Counted from the stretch's first letter, positions 36,692 to 49,707 are shown. The stretch is DNA of 64,000 bases from Blepharisma stoltei ATCC 30299 (GCA_965603825.1 CBFDEM010000051.1:124001-188000), one strand, 5' to 3'. Made by a program: numbers and translations. Notes: generated from the sequence alone by a model not told the origin.

Positions 36692-37372
36692 ATGGACACT
36701 AAAGACCGAATAATCAAGGAGCTTCAAAGACACATACATGAACTATCAGAGGAAAATAAATTACTTAAACAAACTGTGCAGCACCTTCAATGTCAAATTA
36801 AAGAATTGGAATCTAAAGTCTTATCAGAATCTCCAAAAATTAATTCTTCAAATCAGTCAGAGAATCCGCCTACAGCTGAACATAACCAAGAAGTTCTCCA
36901 ACATATAGAAATGGACAATTTATCCTTCTTTCAGTCACTAATTTCAAGCGGTTTATCAGTTGATCACTATTTTAACGAATTAGGGACTTTTTTAATTCAT
37001 GAAGCTGTGAAGTCAGGAGCTATTAAAATTATCCATTATTTAGCATCAAGATGCAATCTAAATAATATCACTGCTGATGGTGAAACACCATTAACCCTTG
37101 GAGCTGAACTAGATAAGCATGACTCAATCTGCATGCTTTTGCAGACTGGTAGAGACAAAGTTGATTTAGAGCACAAAAATAAGCAAGGCTTAACAGCTTT
37201 GCAAATTGCAGTGAAAAAAGGAAACAAAGAAATCGTAGGTTTGCTATTAGAGCATGGAGCTGATATTACAGTAACTACTGTACTTGGAGATTCTCTATTA
37301 AGACTAGCCCAGCACGCTGGACATCAAGAGCTAGTTTTATTGCTCGCAAATTCAGGCGCTTCATTAAGATAA
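36692..37372 (+). CDS. Coiled-coil + ankyrin-repeat protein (226 aa)
   Basis: GETPLTLGA, GLTALQIAVKKGNKEIVGLLLEHGADI. Confidence 0.92.
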   Translation: MDTKDRIIKELQRHIHELSEENKLLKQTVQHLQCQIKELESKVLSESPKINSSNQSENPPTAEHNQEVLQHIEMDNLSFFQSLISSGLSVDHYFNELGTFLIHEAVKSGAIKIIHYLASRCNLNNITADGETPLTLGAELDKHDSICMLLQTGRDKVDLEHKNKQGLTALQIAVKKGNKEIVGLLLEHGADITVTTVLGDSLLRLAQHAGHQELVLLLANSGASLR

Positions 37373-37427
37373 ATTAATTATAATAAACGCCCATTTTTTG
37401 TGTTGAAAACGAATAAATCTAATAAAA

Positions 37428-38660
37428 ATGCTGGTTTTTCTTCTTTTTTTGCATGTGGCGATTGGGAAGCAAGTAAGCACAAAGTTCAGATTTGACGAGC
37501 AAAATCCATGAAAATATCTCACAAAGTTTGCTGTAGGAGTTGGCAATGCTAATTGGGAATTAAACGTGACAGTGGTAGATCCAGTTGATCCTACAGCTAA
37601 AGAAAGAATTCGGCCAGCTCTAGTTATATATCTAGACGATCAATTAGAAGAGATTTCCAGCATCAATGATTGTGAAGGAAAACTAGCATTAAGCAAAAAA
37701 GTCCAAAATTTCAGTGTGTCATACAACGGGGAGCACACTTATATCAAAGGGACTTTTACCCAAAAATCACGTCCTCATGTATGGTATTATGTCCTTGCTG
37801 ACTGCAAAGGTTCAAGCAAAGGCGCCAAGCTAAAAGTCAATATCCATTTAACAGGAACTGACGATTCTGAGTTCTCTATTGAAGAAGAAGGATTAGTATA
37901 TTTATATCCAATTGTCACTGTAATTTTCTTTTTATCACTGTCACAGAATTTGAAGAGGATGATTAATAGATTCCAAAAAACAGAAAAATTAGATAAAATC
38001 TCAGTTGTCTTGAATTTATCTATTTTTTGTGAATTTTCAGGAATGTTGTGTAAAATTGCTCATCTGTGGATTTATTCTATTAATGGAAAAGGAATTTTTA
38101 TAGTGAATTTTTTAAGCCAAGCTTTAGAAATGGTTTCTAGCTTGATTGTAACTATTATGTTTATTGTAATTGCAAAAGGCTGGATATTAAAGCATAAAGA
38201 GCTACCTAGAGCTGAAGTAATAATCCCTATAGCTCTTATAGTCTTAGTCGCAAATATTGTGATTATTTTATATGGAACTATGACTGACGATTCTCACAAT
38301 AAATTCAGCGATTATGAAGGGACTGCTGGGATGATGCTGATTTTATTAAGGGTTGCATTGTGGTGCTGGTTTTTATATCTTATATGAATCCTTTATAATT
38401 CTCAACAAAATAGAGAAAGCACATTGAGTTTTATCATAAATTTCGCATTTATCGCTTCTGCTTACTTTTTAGCTTTTCCTTTACTTGTATTGGTTTCTAC
38501 GATATTCAAAAATTATTTGAGAAACAAATTAGTAAGCTTAGGAAGTGAGGTAATACAGATTATTGTTTTTATTTTCCTTACGCACTTATTTGGGAATACT
38601 AGCTCATTTTACAAAATTTCGACCCTATCACATAGTGATCTTCCGGGAAAGTCTCATTAA
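37428..38660 (+). CDS. GPR180/TMEM145-family 7TM protein (410 aa)
   Basis: Signal peptide; W(TGA)KYLTKFAVG; SRPHVWYYVLADC; EFSIEEEG; HLWIYSINGKG; IAKGW; seven hydrophobic segments. Confidence 0.88.
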
Positions 38661-39639
38661 TTTAACTAATTTAGGATTATTTATAATTTGATTAAAAGGT
38701 AAATAATATATAGAAAGCATTATTTTATTCACGATTATAATTATTTATACAAAATTGCTTGATGTATAAATTCAGAGATATAGCCTAAAAATTCTGCTTT
38801 ATGCTATGAGGCTAAACCTTTGTTTTAACTTATATCGATTTATGAAAATCTTTAAAAATGGTGATTTTAATTATTTTATGAATGTTTCATAAAAGTTTTT
38901 TTTGCATTAAATTTTATTTTTGCTGTTGACTCAGATACCTTTTTTAATTATTAAAATTCGGAATAAGAACATATTTTGAAGTAATAGCGTAGCTAAAATT
39001 TAAAAAAATACATTAATTTTTTAAATTTCTTTAAGCCAATAGTCTTGGTTTATAAAATTCTAATAATGCTTTTCTATTTTTGTAAGAAATTATTACGAAG
39101 CAAATAAAATTTGCTATGAAGAATGCATTATTTATTATTTCTTCTTATATGGTTTTATTTTATTTTAATTATAAAAATCATATTTACCATCTATCTTAAA
39201 TAATTAATTAACAACCCTTCTAAAATCTTTTTTAAAATAAACAAAATAATTCTTTATTTATTATTTTCAGATCATAAGAAGAATAAAAATAGCTCATGCC
39301 ATTTGCCGGCTCATTTACTGGCCTTTGAAAAAAAGGTCACCTTAAATTGGGAGAAATAGATGAAAAATTATAAATTTCACAAGATAGGCAGAATTTAAAT
39401 TCTTTTATTCTCTATTTGAAGAATAGTTGAAAATTATCAATTAAAGCCAAGGAAATTAGAATTTTCTTAGAAATATCCAATTTTCTATCCCTGCTTATTT
39501 GTGGCCATTTCTGAAATAATCTTAATCTTTAAATAAATATCGGCAAATCAATTCGGCTGGTGTTTGATAAAGTTCTAAATATAGCTTCTTCATAGATAAG
39601 CTATTGTAACTCTTATCTAATTAATGGTTTAAATAATAA

Positions 39640-40440
39640 ATGTCATCGAATGATCGACGAACTTGGTCATTGGAGGTAATTCATATTTAGGAAGATGAGG
39701 CGATCAAAGAACTTGTCCTTGGTATGGGAATCAGCAAATGGTGCCAGGTCGCAGGTCTCCTCAAAAAGCAATATGGGATCAAGAATCGGACTGGAAAACA
39801 ATGTAGGGAACGATGGCACAATCATCTCGATCCTTCCATAAACAGAGACCCCTGGACTCCAAAAGAAGATAAACTAATCCTAGAACTCCAAAAAAAACAC
39901 GGAAACAGCTGGTCTGAAATCGCAAAGTTTCTCCCTGGCCGCACAGATAATGCAATTAAAAACCGTTTTTATTCCACGATTAGAAGGAATCTACGGAAAT
40001 TCAACAGGAAAAGACCAAAAAGCTTAAAAATTACAGGACCGCTTAAAAGCATCCTTAAAGACAGTGAAACTGTCGAGCTTATTTTTAAAGAAAAAGCTCC
40101 TCCAAGAAGAAAAGCTTATAAGGATGAAGAAGACTCATCAGATTCTGAAAGTCTTTCTGGGTCTTTTGAAGAATTGGAACAACAAAAGGGTGATACAAAA
40201 AATATCGCCATATCAGAAACTGATGAAACAGCACTGTCAGTTACAAACACCTGTACAGTTTTACAAGAAAATATTCAAAATATTGATGCATATAATACTA
40301 CTTACAGTTCTAGCGTTGAATGTAGTTATCCTTTTGTAAATTACAGAAATGCCATCCAGTGGCAATATTATACATCAGCATGGGCAAGCTATATGAATCT
40401 CAATATGATTCAGCAATTCCAAAGATTGCTTTCACAATAG
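39640..40440 (+). CDS. R2R3-Myb transcription factor (261 aa, 1 intron)
   Basis: WSLE|EDEAI (intron 39676-39690), RTGKQCRERWHNHLDP, WTPKED, GNSWSEIAKFLPGRTDNAIKNRF. Confidence 0.95.
39676..39690 (+). other. 15-nt intron
   Basis: gtaattcatatttag; restores the Myb W-S-x-EED motif. Confidence 0.92.
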
Positions 40441-40758
40441 TATAAAGTTCAGTAGATAGACAGTATAAATTAAAAATTTTACTAAAAGTTGTTAGATTAA
40501 GTCTCTTCTTAAGTAAAAATGAATAATAAGCCAAAATTTTGCCAAATTCAAAAACAAATTAACTCATTAAGAAATTCAGTGAACTGTAAGGAGAAAAAAG
40601 AAAATTTAGATGAGCTATAAAGACGAGACAGCGACGAGCAAAAATTAATAATTATTATTCTAAATATACAATGAAATTAAAAACATTAATGATTTGTTTA
40701 TTGTATTTTTAGAAATTTTATGCGAAAAGTTAAAATTAATTAAAAATTATTTTTTGCT

Positions 40759-41187
40759 ATGCTTAAAAGCTTAAGCTCTAGAAAAAGTTCTTACAGTAGA
40801 TCTCCGAAGCATCTTTTACTACCTTCCATAACTCCTAAAAGTGTCCGAGGCAGCTTCCAAGTAGAAGATCCTCATTTTTCCCAATTATCAACCTTTGCAG
40901 GACGTGAAATAAGGCTAAAATCATCATATGCTACCAAAGAAATTTTACGAAGGAGATCTATAAACTTATCAGCCGAAGACAAAATTAATTCTCGATCAAA
41001 CTCGCCTAAACCTAGGAGAAAAAATATGAACTCTCAATTGCCGTCTATAAAGGAATATTTAGAAAAACTACAAAAAACTGATAATGATAAACAAAAGACT
41101 GATAATGTCACTTCTGCTTCGGTTCAAGTTAAAAAGTCAGTCTCGCGAATACGAAAATTAATAAGTCATTGCTATACACCTGCATAG
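40759..41187 (+). CDS. Basic S/R/K-rich hypothetical protein (142 aa)
   Basis: Uninterrupted ORF flanked by AT-rich spacers. Confidence 0.6.
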   Translation: MLKSLSSRKSSYSRSPKHLLLPSITPKSVRGSFQVEDPHFSQLSTFAGREIRLKSSYATKEILRRRSINLSAEDKINSRSNSPKPRRKNMNSQLPSIKEYLEKLQKTDNDKQKTDNVTSASVQVKKSVSRIRKLISHCYTPA

Positions 41188-41645
41188 ATTCAAAAATCCG
41201 AGAAAAGAGCGCCTTTATTGATTTTAATTTATTATTGTTAAAGATAAGTAAATCATCGCCAAAACATTTTTTCATTAAAATTTATAGCTTATTGAGGATA
41301 CTTAAGTAGAATTTATACCTCTATATTTATTTATATAATTTATTTAACATTAATTTCTCCAATGGAATTCTTTATCAATTTCATCAGAAAAAATGAATTG
41401 ATAAATCTATGTTAATTGAGATTTAAATTTAATAGAACATTAAGCGGCTTTAAACAATGATAATTTATCAAAGTCTTGATTGAACACTGAAAAAGGCTGA
41501 AAATATATGATGTAAGATACCATTTATTCTTTAATATTTTTCTATTATTTCATTATAATTACATATTTATATAATAAAACATTCTAATATGAGATCTTAA
41601 TGATATTTCTAACAAATTCCCCTTCTAAATCTGCATTGGATTATA

Positions 41646-42509
41646 ATGAATAAAAAACTCAGTATAAATGGAAATGATTTCTTCCTAATTGAAAGAGGGA
41701 ACTCACCTTCATTTCTCACTGAAGATAAGCTTAAATGTTCTATCTGTATGAGTATTATGAATAGAGAAGAAGGAGAAAGTCATCAATGCCAGTCTCCAAT
41801 GGCTCAACCACACTTTGCTAATTTTACTCACTCTGAAAAGAAAGGTATGTTTATTTGCAAGACTTGCGGAAAAGAAATACATCAGCTTATGGTCAGACCT
41901 CATGCAAATATTCATAATTCAAATAAATCAAAAGAATCACCTATTCCTAAGCACGTTGCTAAAAAATCTGCAGGAGTCCAAGGAAAAATTGAACAGGAAG
42001 AGTTGTTAATAATAAATTCGAAAAATCCTCTAGAGCAAAATAACTTTAATAGGATTGTAGTTGAAGAGTCAGCCTTACAGCAGAATGGCAGACCAGATCC
42101 TGTGAATTCTTTAAATATTCTGCCAAGAATAATTGAGGAATATCAAATAGCAAAGAAAAAGCCAAATAGTGATGGAAGCTTGGAAGAGCGAGAGCCTAAT
42201 GAAATAATGAGAGAAAGCAAAGAAAAAGAAGCAAATAAATCGCAAGAAAATGCTATAAAAATAATAAATGATCGTGAAATGCTGCCAGAAAGATCTTTTA
42301 TAAGGGCAGATATAAATTTACCTGAAAACCCTAAACTTCCTTTAAAAAGACAAAGAAATGCTACAAAATCTCCTACTCTAAAAATTATTAAACAAGCTCG
42401 ACGAATACAGATCATTCTTGAAAGATTAGTTACAGTTAATAAAAGAGTTATATCAGCAGATACTAAAGCAGCATTCAAGAAATTATATAAATTGGCTTTT
42501 ATTAACTAA
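41646..42509 (+). CDS. Hypothetical protein with two zinc-finger-like motifs (287 aa)
   Basis: KCSICMSIM...SHQC and FICKTCGKEIHQLMVRPHANIH (C2H2-like). Confidence 0.72.
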   Translation: MNKKLSINGNDFFLIERGNSPSFLTEDKLKCSICMSIMNREEGESHQCQSPMAQPHFANFTHSEKKGMFICKTCGKEIHQLMVRPHANIHNSNKSKESPIPKHVAKKSAGVQGKIEQEELLIINSKNPLEQNNFNRIVVEESALQQNGRPDPVNSLNILPRIIEEYQIAKKKPNSDGSLEEREPNEIMRESKEKEANKSQENAIKIINDREMLPERSFIRADINLPENPKLPLKRQRNATKSPTLKIIKQARRIQIILERLVTVNKRVISADTKAAFKKLYKLAFIN

Positions 42510-42535
42510 CTAGTCATAATTTTCTAATCTCCGAA

Positions 42536-44716
42536 CTACATTATTACTATTCTTTTTCTGTCCAGCCCAGATTCCAATAAATTTGCTTCTACAAACCTAT
42601 TAAACCCTGACGGTCCACATATCCAAGCTCTTTTTGGGTTATTTTTCCCAAGCTTCACCATAATCTCTGGTATATTTTGATTTCCCTTTTCACTGGTAAA
42701 AATTAATATAAGCTTAAATATATTTTCATCAATTACCTGCTCTGTAGCTTTTAATAAATCAATCGCAAACGCATCTTTTCGGGACCCAAAGGAAACATAA
42801 AGCATTAATTTAAATTCATGAGGATTTTCCCTATTTACCCATAAATAACGCACTAAATCTAAAAATGGAATTAATCCAGTGCCCCCTGCAACGGCAAGAA
42901 AGCTGCCAGATAAATTATCAATCCCTAGTCCAGGTCCTAAAGGTCCTTTTAATAATATAGTATCGTTTATAAGTAAATTATTCAAATAGTTACTAACAAC
43001 CCCAAGTGGATATACCTTAAAAATAAATTTCAAGCCTTTTTTCTCTTTATTTATAGGCTCACTAACCTCATAACCTTCAGCAAGAATTTCTTGTCTTCAT
43101 TTGTCTAAATTTACAAAAAAACAGCTGTAATATCGAGAAATATTTTTTCTTTTATCAAAAACATTAGAAAATGATAGAGGCATCATCAATTTAAAGTGTT
43201 TTCCAAGCCATTCTGCTTTTTCTCAATTTTCGTTCATTTCAAATTCATCTGAAGTCATTGTGATAATAAAATGGTTTTCATTAATTTGATTTTTTTCAAT
43301 AATTTTTCAGGTCATTAAATTTTGGTTGGATTTGTTTGTGCTGATTAAAAAATTTTTTGGGTAGGGAATAGTGGCAATAGATAAATGGCCAGCCATTTCT
43401 AAGGCTTGGATTGTATGGGTATAAGGGTTGTAGTTTTTTTGGCTACTGCAGCCTATCATGTATTTTCCTACATCTTCTCCAATAACATTTTTTAGCATAT
43501 TATAGCCTCCTGGATGATCATATTTGAACCAAGTAATATCTAATACTAGTTCTTCAAGAAATACATATTCTCTGTCTTCTTTGCTAATTTTCTCTATAGC
43601 TTCAATATGAGATAATTGTTTATTTCTTCTAAAATAAAAGGATAAAAATCTTCAATAAGGGCTAATCTGATGTCTAAATTCAAAAAGTAAAATTGGTCCA
43701 ATTACCGCAAACATAAAGCCAATATATGTTTTATTTTGGCTATCATCATATAATTCCCAGCCAAATTTATTATTTACAAGGGCAGAAATCAACAATCCCC
43801 ATCCGACCACCTGATGCAATTTCCTTGCATAAGAAATAGGAAGCAATTGTTTGGAAAAAATTTTCGAAAAAAATGCTGCAAGCCCCAAAACCCCTTCTCC
43901 TACAACTAAAGATAGGATAATAAGCCCGATCACCATATGAGCTTGATTATCTTGATCATCCATTGGCAATATCGCCTCCTCATCTTGGTATCTTTTGCTT
44001 GCACTTCACATAGTCAATCCAATAGTAGCAGCCATCAATAAAAAATGAATAATTAAATACCACGGACCCCATCATTTAAAATATCTCGAAAAAATAATTC
44101 CGATTGGAACTGCACAAGTCCACATAACAGTCAAAATGAGCCCATGTGTATGTCTGTCATCATCTATACTTGAAACTCCAGCAACAACTGGAGCATCTGG
44201 ATTTAATGCAACCGTAATATGAGCTGCTTATTAATTACTCTCAATATCATGCTGAACCCATGACTTTTTGCTTTCAGTTGCACATATCATATCTATTGTT
44301 GAATTCGGGACTATTACAGAATCATATTTATCGCCAGTATCTAAAAGTCGTGAAACAATCGCCATAAAGCCATAATTTGTAAAATTAAATGACTCAAGGT
44401 GGACGTCATTTTTTCCACCTAAAGACTCATCGTCTGGAGGAGTGTCTTCTGTTGAGGAATATAAGTCCATTGCTGTGAGGGTGTTAGAAGATTGGCTTGA
44501 AAGGAGAACTATCATATCAGCACTATACATATCAGAACCAAAGCCGATGCCACATCATCCTGCACTGCACTATATGGATTTTACATTGAAGCTGAATCTT
44601 ACGCTTGTTTGGTTAAATTCGAACCCTATGTCAAGCTTAGAGCATAAGTTTACATAGTTATAGGAAAAAACGAAAATGGGAAGGCATAGGAAAACACCCA
44701 TTCTTAACAGATTCAT
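42536..44716 (-). CDS. DOMON - cytochrome b561 - cytochrome b5 - FAD/NAD(P)H oxidoreductase fusion (716 aa, 2 introns)
   Basis: Signal peptide; GWCGIGFGSDMYSADM, RLLDTGDKYD, WVQH (DOMON); HGLIL, WYLIIH, AHMVIG, RKLHQVVG (four b561 His); DHPGG...H (b5); RYYS, KVYPLGVVSNYL, GPLG, AGGTGLIPF, ICGPSGF (FNR family). Confidence 0.9.
44224..44238 (-). other. 15-nt intron
   Basis: gtaattaataagcag; removes in-frame TAA TAA and links DOMON to b561. Confidence 0.88.
44570..44584 (-). other. 15-nt intron
   Basis: gtaaaatccatatag; joins to the CSAGWCGIGFG DOMON motif. Confidence 0.88.
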
Positions 44717-45359
44717 TAGATTTTTTTATATAATAACAAAAAAATATGAAATTTTATGGTAAGGTGAGTGAGATAATAATAAATATACATACTAATCCAA
44801 TAATATTATATTTTCTATCTAATTTGCTTTATTTTGTAATCTTCTGATAAACTATTGATTTATTATAAATAATTGTAATTATTTTCTATTATATCAGAAA
44901 ATTAGAAATAAGTAAAATATTAATAAGTAATAAATAACCGTGTCTAAATGCATTTAAAATAAAAGAATTTTGTATGAATTTAAATTATAGTTTTCTGTTT
45001 AAAATTTTAAAATCCTATGAATTTGACTTATAATAAATGATTATTTAAATATGATATTGAAACAAAAAATTAATAAGATAAGTGCAGTCTACCTAAGCCA
45101 TATTTATCAAAAACTTTTTATGTTTATTATTTAATCTTATAAAATACTAGAATCCTGTTTTATTAGAAATTTTTAAGAGTTCAAATAATTTATTATTACA
45201 CAGTTTAATAAGGATATTTTTATCCTTCATCTTTTTGACCTTTCATCATTATTATTAGCATTTGGTTCTTTATTTCCCTTTTGTAAATAAAATCTTTAAA
45301 AATTAGCAAAGCCTTTAATAAAAATTTCTAATAAAAATTCTTTTCATGAACGAAAATTC

Positions 45360-45915
45360 TATGAACTGCAAAGCTTGATTCTAAATGTAGCACCTGCTCA
45401 CAGATTCCTCATCCAATTTAGGTCAAAGAAAACCAATGGTGATCTTACGCTGTTACTGTCCTGAAATTCTATAATCACAATCTCCAACACTTTCCATTCA
45501 ATGTATGTGCCTCCAAAATCCTCAACAAATGCCAAATCTGCTGTTTATTTCTGTTAATTTTGGTGCGAGGTTCCAAAAATGGAATTGTGGTATTTCAATA
45601 TATTTCGTGTCCTGAGTGCGGGTACTCCTGCTAATCCCCATGAAGTCACTTGAAAATTCAGAAGTATAGGAAACGCTAACAGTTTGGTCCGTTGCCTCAC
45701 ATATTAGCTTCTCTAGCGATCGTTCAATTTAGTATCTTACCTTCATATCAGTAATCTAAAAACGAGCAATCTGATACACAAAGAATGAGGGTAAACAACC
45801 ATCGTCATTTCTTCCACTTAAGCAGAAACTCACATTCAAAAATCTAATCCTATAATAAAAGCAGATGAGAAAGAAAAGGAATTCACGATGTGAATTTCTT
45901 AATGTTAGAAGCCAT
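45360..45915 (-). pseudogene. Possible decayed gene fragment
   Basis: GC-richer than its flanks. Protein-like stretches occur in different frames (IERSLEKLICEATDQTVSVSYT...; ADLAFVEDFGGTYIEWKVLEIVII...), broken by TAA/TAG, and I found no 15-nt intron that repairs them. Confidence 0.3.
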
Positions 45916-46176
45916 TTTATATTATGATATTATTTCTCTTATTTAACATGAATTGGCTTTTATCAAATTATATATAAAACCTAAAAAATCAATAAAAATG
46001 TACCACTTTTAACTATTAATTTGATCATTATCAAGCCATCTCCTCATTTAACAAATTTTAATGCTTCATTCAATTATACCTTAAAAAATTATAAAAACAC
46101 ACTTTTATAAAGAGTTTCAGTTTGACCTTTAATTTTCTGTGCTTTTCTAAATAAAATTAAGCTTATAGTTGAGTAA

Positions 46177-49100
46177 ATGGAATCCAAAGAACAGCAAGCA
46201 TTCCAAGAAATCCTTACAACCTGCACATCTCCCATATCCCAGCCTTCTGATTCAACTCCTCAGCCCAACCCGCTTGGTCATATATTTTCCAGAATAAAAT
46301 ACCTTATAGATTCTCGTTCCTCCCTCATCCCTCGTCTCAATAACATATCAATTTATAAGTTTATCAGGCATTTTCTTAATGATCGTGACAAAGAGATCAG
46401 AGTTTCTGCACTTCGTACCCTCCGATATCTCGCACTATCTGAAGAATCTATGATAACAATAAAAGAAGCCCGAGTGGAACATTTTATAGTTCGAGCTTTT
46501 GAATCAGAAGGGAGATCTCAAGAAAGGATAGAAGCTTGCAAGCTTATAAAAAGATGACTTGAAATTTCACCTAAAAATTTCCCTAAAGGCTTTATTAACG
46601 CACTGATAGCTTTAAGTGAAATAGAAAATGATGAATTAAGAGAATTAGCAATAGAAGCCCTTCGTCTATTAAGTATATCAAATACTTTGATTGTAGCTTG
46701 AAGCGGCGGATTTAGAGTTCTTATTAATTGTGTATTAGATTTAAAATGCCCTCAAGCATTGAGTGAAAATATTGTTTTGACATTTTTATATTTATTAAAC
46801 GAAAAGAAAACACGAGTATTTTTAAGAAGAGAAAAAGAAATCGCACGGCTTCTAGCAGTCTTCACTGATCAAGACAGCGGACTCCGAGAAAACGAACTTG
46901 AAGCCCAGATTAAATTAGCTAGAAGAGCTTTAGTTTTAATGTCTAGAAGTTGGGTAGGATTAATATTTTTAGCATCAGGAGGATTAAAAGAAGTTATCGA
47001 TAATTTGCGCCAGCCTATAAAGCAGCTTATAAAAGAAGGGATTTTGGACACAATAACAGATATGCTAAATATTCCTATTGAAAGCAGCTCAAAAAGCCAA
47101 AATTTGTTAAATAATTATCTTGCAATGCTGCTTAGAGCACTATTGCATTGCAACCTTTACCCAGCATTAACTCAGCTTTCTATGGACAGAAGTGACAGAA
47201 TTGCCCATAGAGCTAGAAAATTGTTGAAACTTGTAACGAAATCTGCGTCTGATTTATTGCCTGAAGCGCCGCAGTTTCCATTGATTTTGAATTCAAATGC
47301 CTCAGGAAAGGCTGCAGAGGTCGTGGCGGATATTGATTCTTCTGCAAGGCTGCAAAAGGAGTCTGATAATAGAAATTTGGTATATTCTGCTTGTGAATTT
47401 GTTAGCTATGAAAACATGGGCGGCGCTTCTAGTGTCAATTGGGTCCTCTCCAGCATTTACAAGCAGCATGCCATGAATATGATCAATGACAGCATTTTTA
47501 CAGATTTACTCAACAAAAGCCAAATTGTGAGAGAGCCAGCAAAATGGGACTGAGACGTCATTTATGAAATTGTAGCAGGTCCAATCTCAACCCCAGAGCG
47601 TTTTCAAACCGCTTTAAAGTTCCGTTTCCTTAAATTCCTCCTGGGCTACTTCATGCCTAGCCGCAACTTATTCCCTCTTCTCCCATGGCATACCTCAAAT
47701 TTTATTAAAGCTCGTGTCGGCAGTCTACTAATCCCTCTATTACTTTCCCAAGAAGACGGAATCCAGCTCCTCACTACGACCTTTTCTGAAAGTTTTTTTG
47801 TTATAAGAAAATCCTTTATGTCTGAACTAGTTGACGCCTTAGACGAAGAAATAAAAGCTATGGAAACCAACAAATCAGGGATCGGGCGCATTTTAAGCCC
47901 AGAAAAAGTCAGAGGATTTATGACTCGAGAATACTTCAAATGAATTGGCCAATTTACTATGTTCAGAGGCGGCAGAAAACTTATAAAAACATATGGAATT
48001 GATGCAAAACTTATGAAATTAGGCGGAGTTGAACATCTGAGCCCAATTTTGCTGCCCCATTTGGATTATCGTGAACAAATGTCGAGAGATTTCTTATCAT
48101 TTGCAATGCAAGCGAAAAGTGTCAGTGTGAGGAAACATGCGATGGAGCATTTAAGGGTGCTGTTTAGGGCTGGAATTTTTGATTTATCGTGGGCTATTAG
48201 GGAGCTGGTAAACCAACTTTATTGTCCTGACCAAGACACTATAAGCTGCGCATTGTCAGTCATTGATGAACTGTGCCAGGATAAAGAAAACTTGAAAACT
48301 TTTATAGAAACAGGCCCACAGACATTGACAAGACTGGGGGAAGAAGGAAATAAATGCTTGATTCGCTTTCTTTCAAGCTCGTCTGGGGTGTCTTATTTGT
48401 CACATTTAGATTTTATTGAAAATGAGCTACAAAAATGGCATCAGAGAGGAAATTTGGATTATGTGAGGACTATTGAACAAAGGATTGAAATGGGATTGAG
48501 TGCGACAAAAAAGACTTATTCGTTGACATTGCCGACTCCTCCTGCATATCTTCATTCAGAAAGACTTGAAGCTGCCTGAATTCGAAGTTTGCCATTTTCG
48601 ATCACAGTCAGCATTAATAATTCAATTACAAAGTCTTTTGATCCAATTATTGAGGTAGAAGATGACGATGTTTACATGACAGCTAAAATAGAAATGGAAA
48701 ATCCTAGTGAATGCATGATAAATGAAGAAGATTCTATTAATATTTCTTTATTGCTAGGAAACTATTTTATCGACGCTAAAGGACAGGAAAGCTTAGAACC
48801 AGACTGGGTTAATTGTAATAAAGAAGACAGGCAACGGGAACATTATGGAGAAACACTGCTTGTAGAAAAAGACGGAATTATCTTTAAATTTGATGTAATA
48901 AGGCCTGGAAGATTTATGCTGAACCGAATAAGCTATAGGCTCCTTTGTGTTCCAAGGGCTGCACCTACTATGCTTTTCCCTCGACACTTGTATGGAGAAT
49001 TGGTAAAAACCAAGCTTGGGCTTAAAAAACTGAAGGATTCCAGACATATTGAAGAATTATTAGCCAAATTAACGTCGGATGGGCCTATAATAGAAAAAAG

Positions 49101-49707
49101 AGCTGCTTTATGGGCACTTGGGCATACTGGCTGTACAGAAAGAGGAGTCACATATTTGACTTCACTTAGAGCTATAGGGACAATGATAAATATCGCTGAA
49201 CAAAGCCCAGTTCTCTCATTGCGAGGCACTGCATTTCAAGCTGTTTCTTTATTAGCTAAATCTCAGCTCGGCAGATCTGAGCTTGCTAAGCATGGCTGGG
49301 CTAGTCCTGTTTCTATGCAAGCTACCATAGCAATGCCACTTAAAGCTGAAGCTATTTTTTGGCTCGAAGACGAAGAAAAGACCCCATTTTACTCTGATAA
49401 ATGCCTAGAAGCTGAAAATGTGCTTGATTCAATTGACCTGAATGAAGAAGAAAAAGAGGTTCTAAACCATGTAATAGGCCTAGGAAGTGTAGTAAACAGA
49501 AGTGAAAGCGAACAATTTTTAAGAAATAAACGAATGCAGTCCCCAAACATTTTTCAGTCAATTCCACTTTTCCATGCTACTATGACGATTATTGCTGCAT
49601 ATACTTTTAAGATGTCTGCGAGAAAATTAGTTCATAAGCTTTTTGAAAGGATTTATCGTTCACAAGAAAATCTGAAAGAATTGGATGGGCTAGTTTCTTT
49701 GGTGTAA
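46177..49707 (+). CDS. RICTOR: RICTOR/Avo3/Pianissimo (TORC2 subunit), 1176 aa
   Basis: KEIRVSALRTLRYL, ERIEACKLIKR, SRSWVGLI, PHLDY, WAIRELVNQLYCPD, PRHLYGELVKTKLG, KRAALWALGH, SPVLSLRGTAF; five track ORFs in one frame. Confidence 0.92.

Noticed and set aside
38661-39639. ~1-kb AT-rich gap upstream of Myb as a possible IES or hidden gene
   Set aside because: No ORF, TIR or reference for an excision junction; a long regulatory region upstream of a transcription factor is simpler
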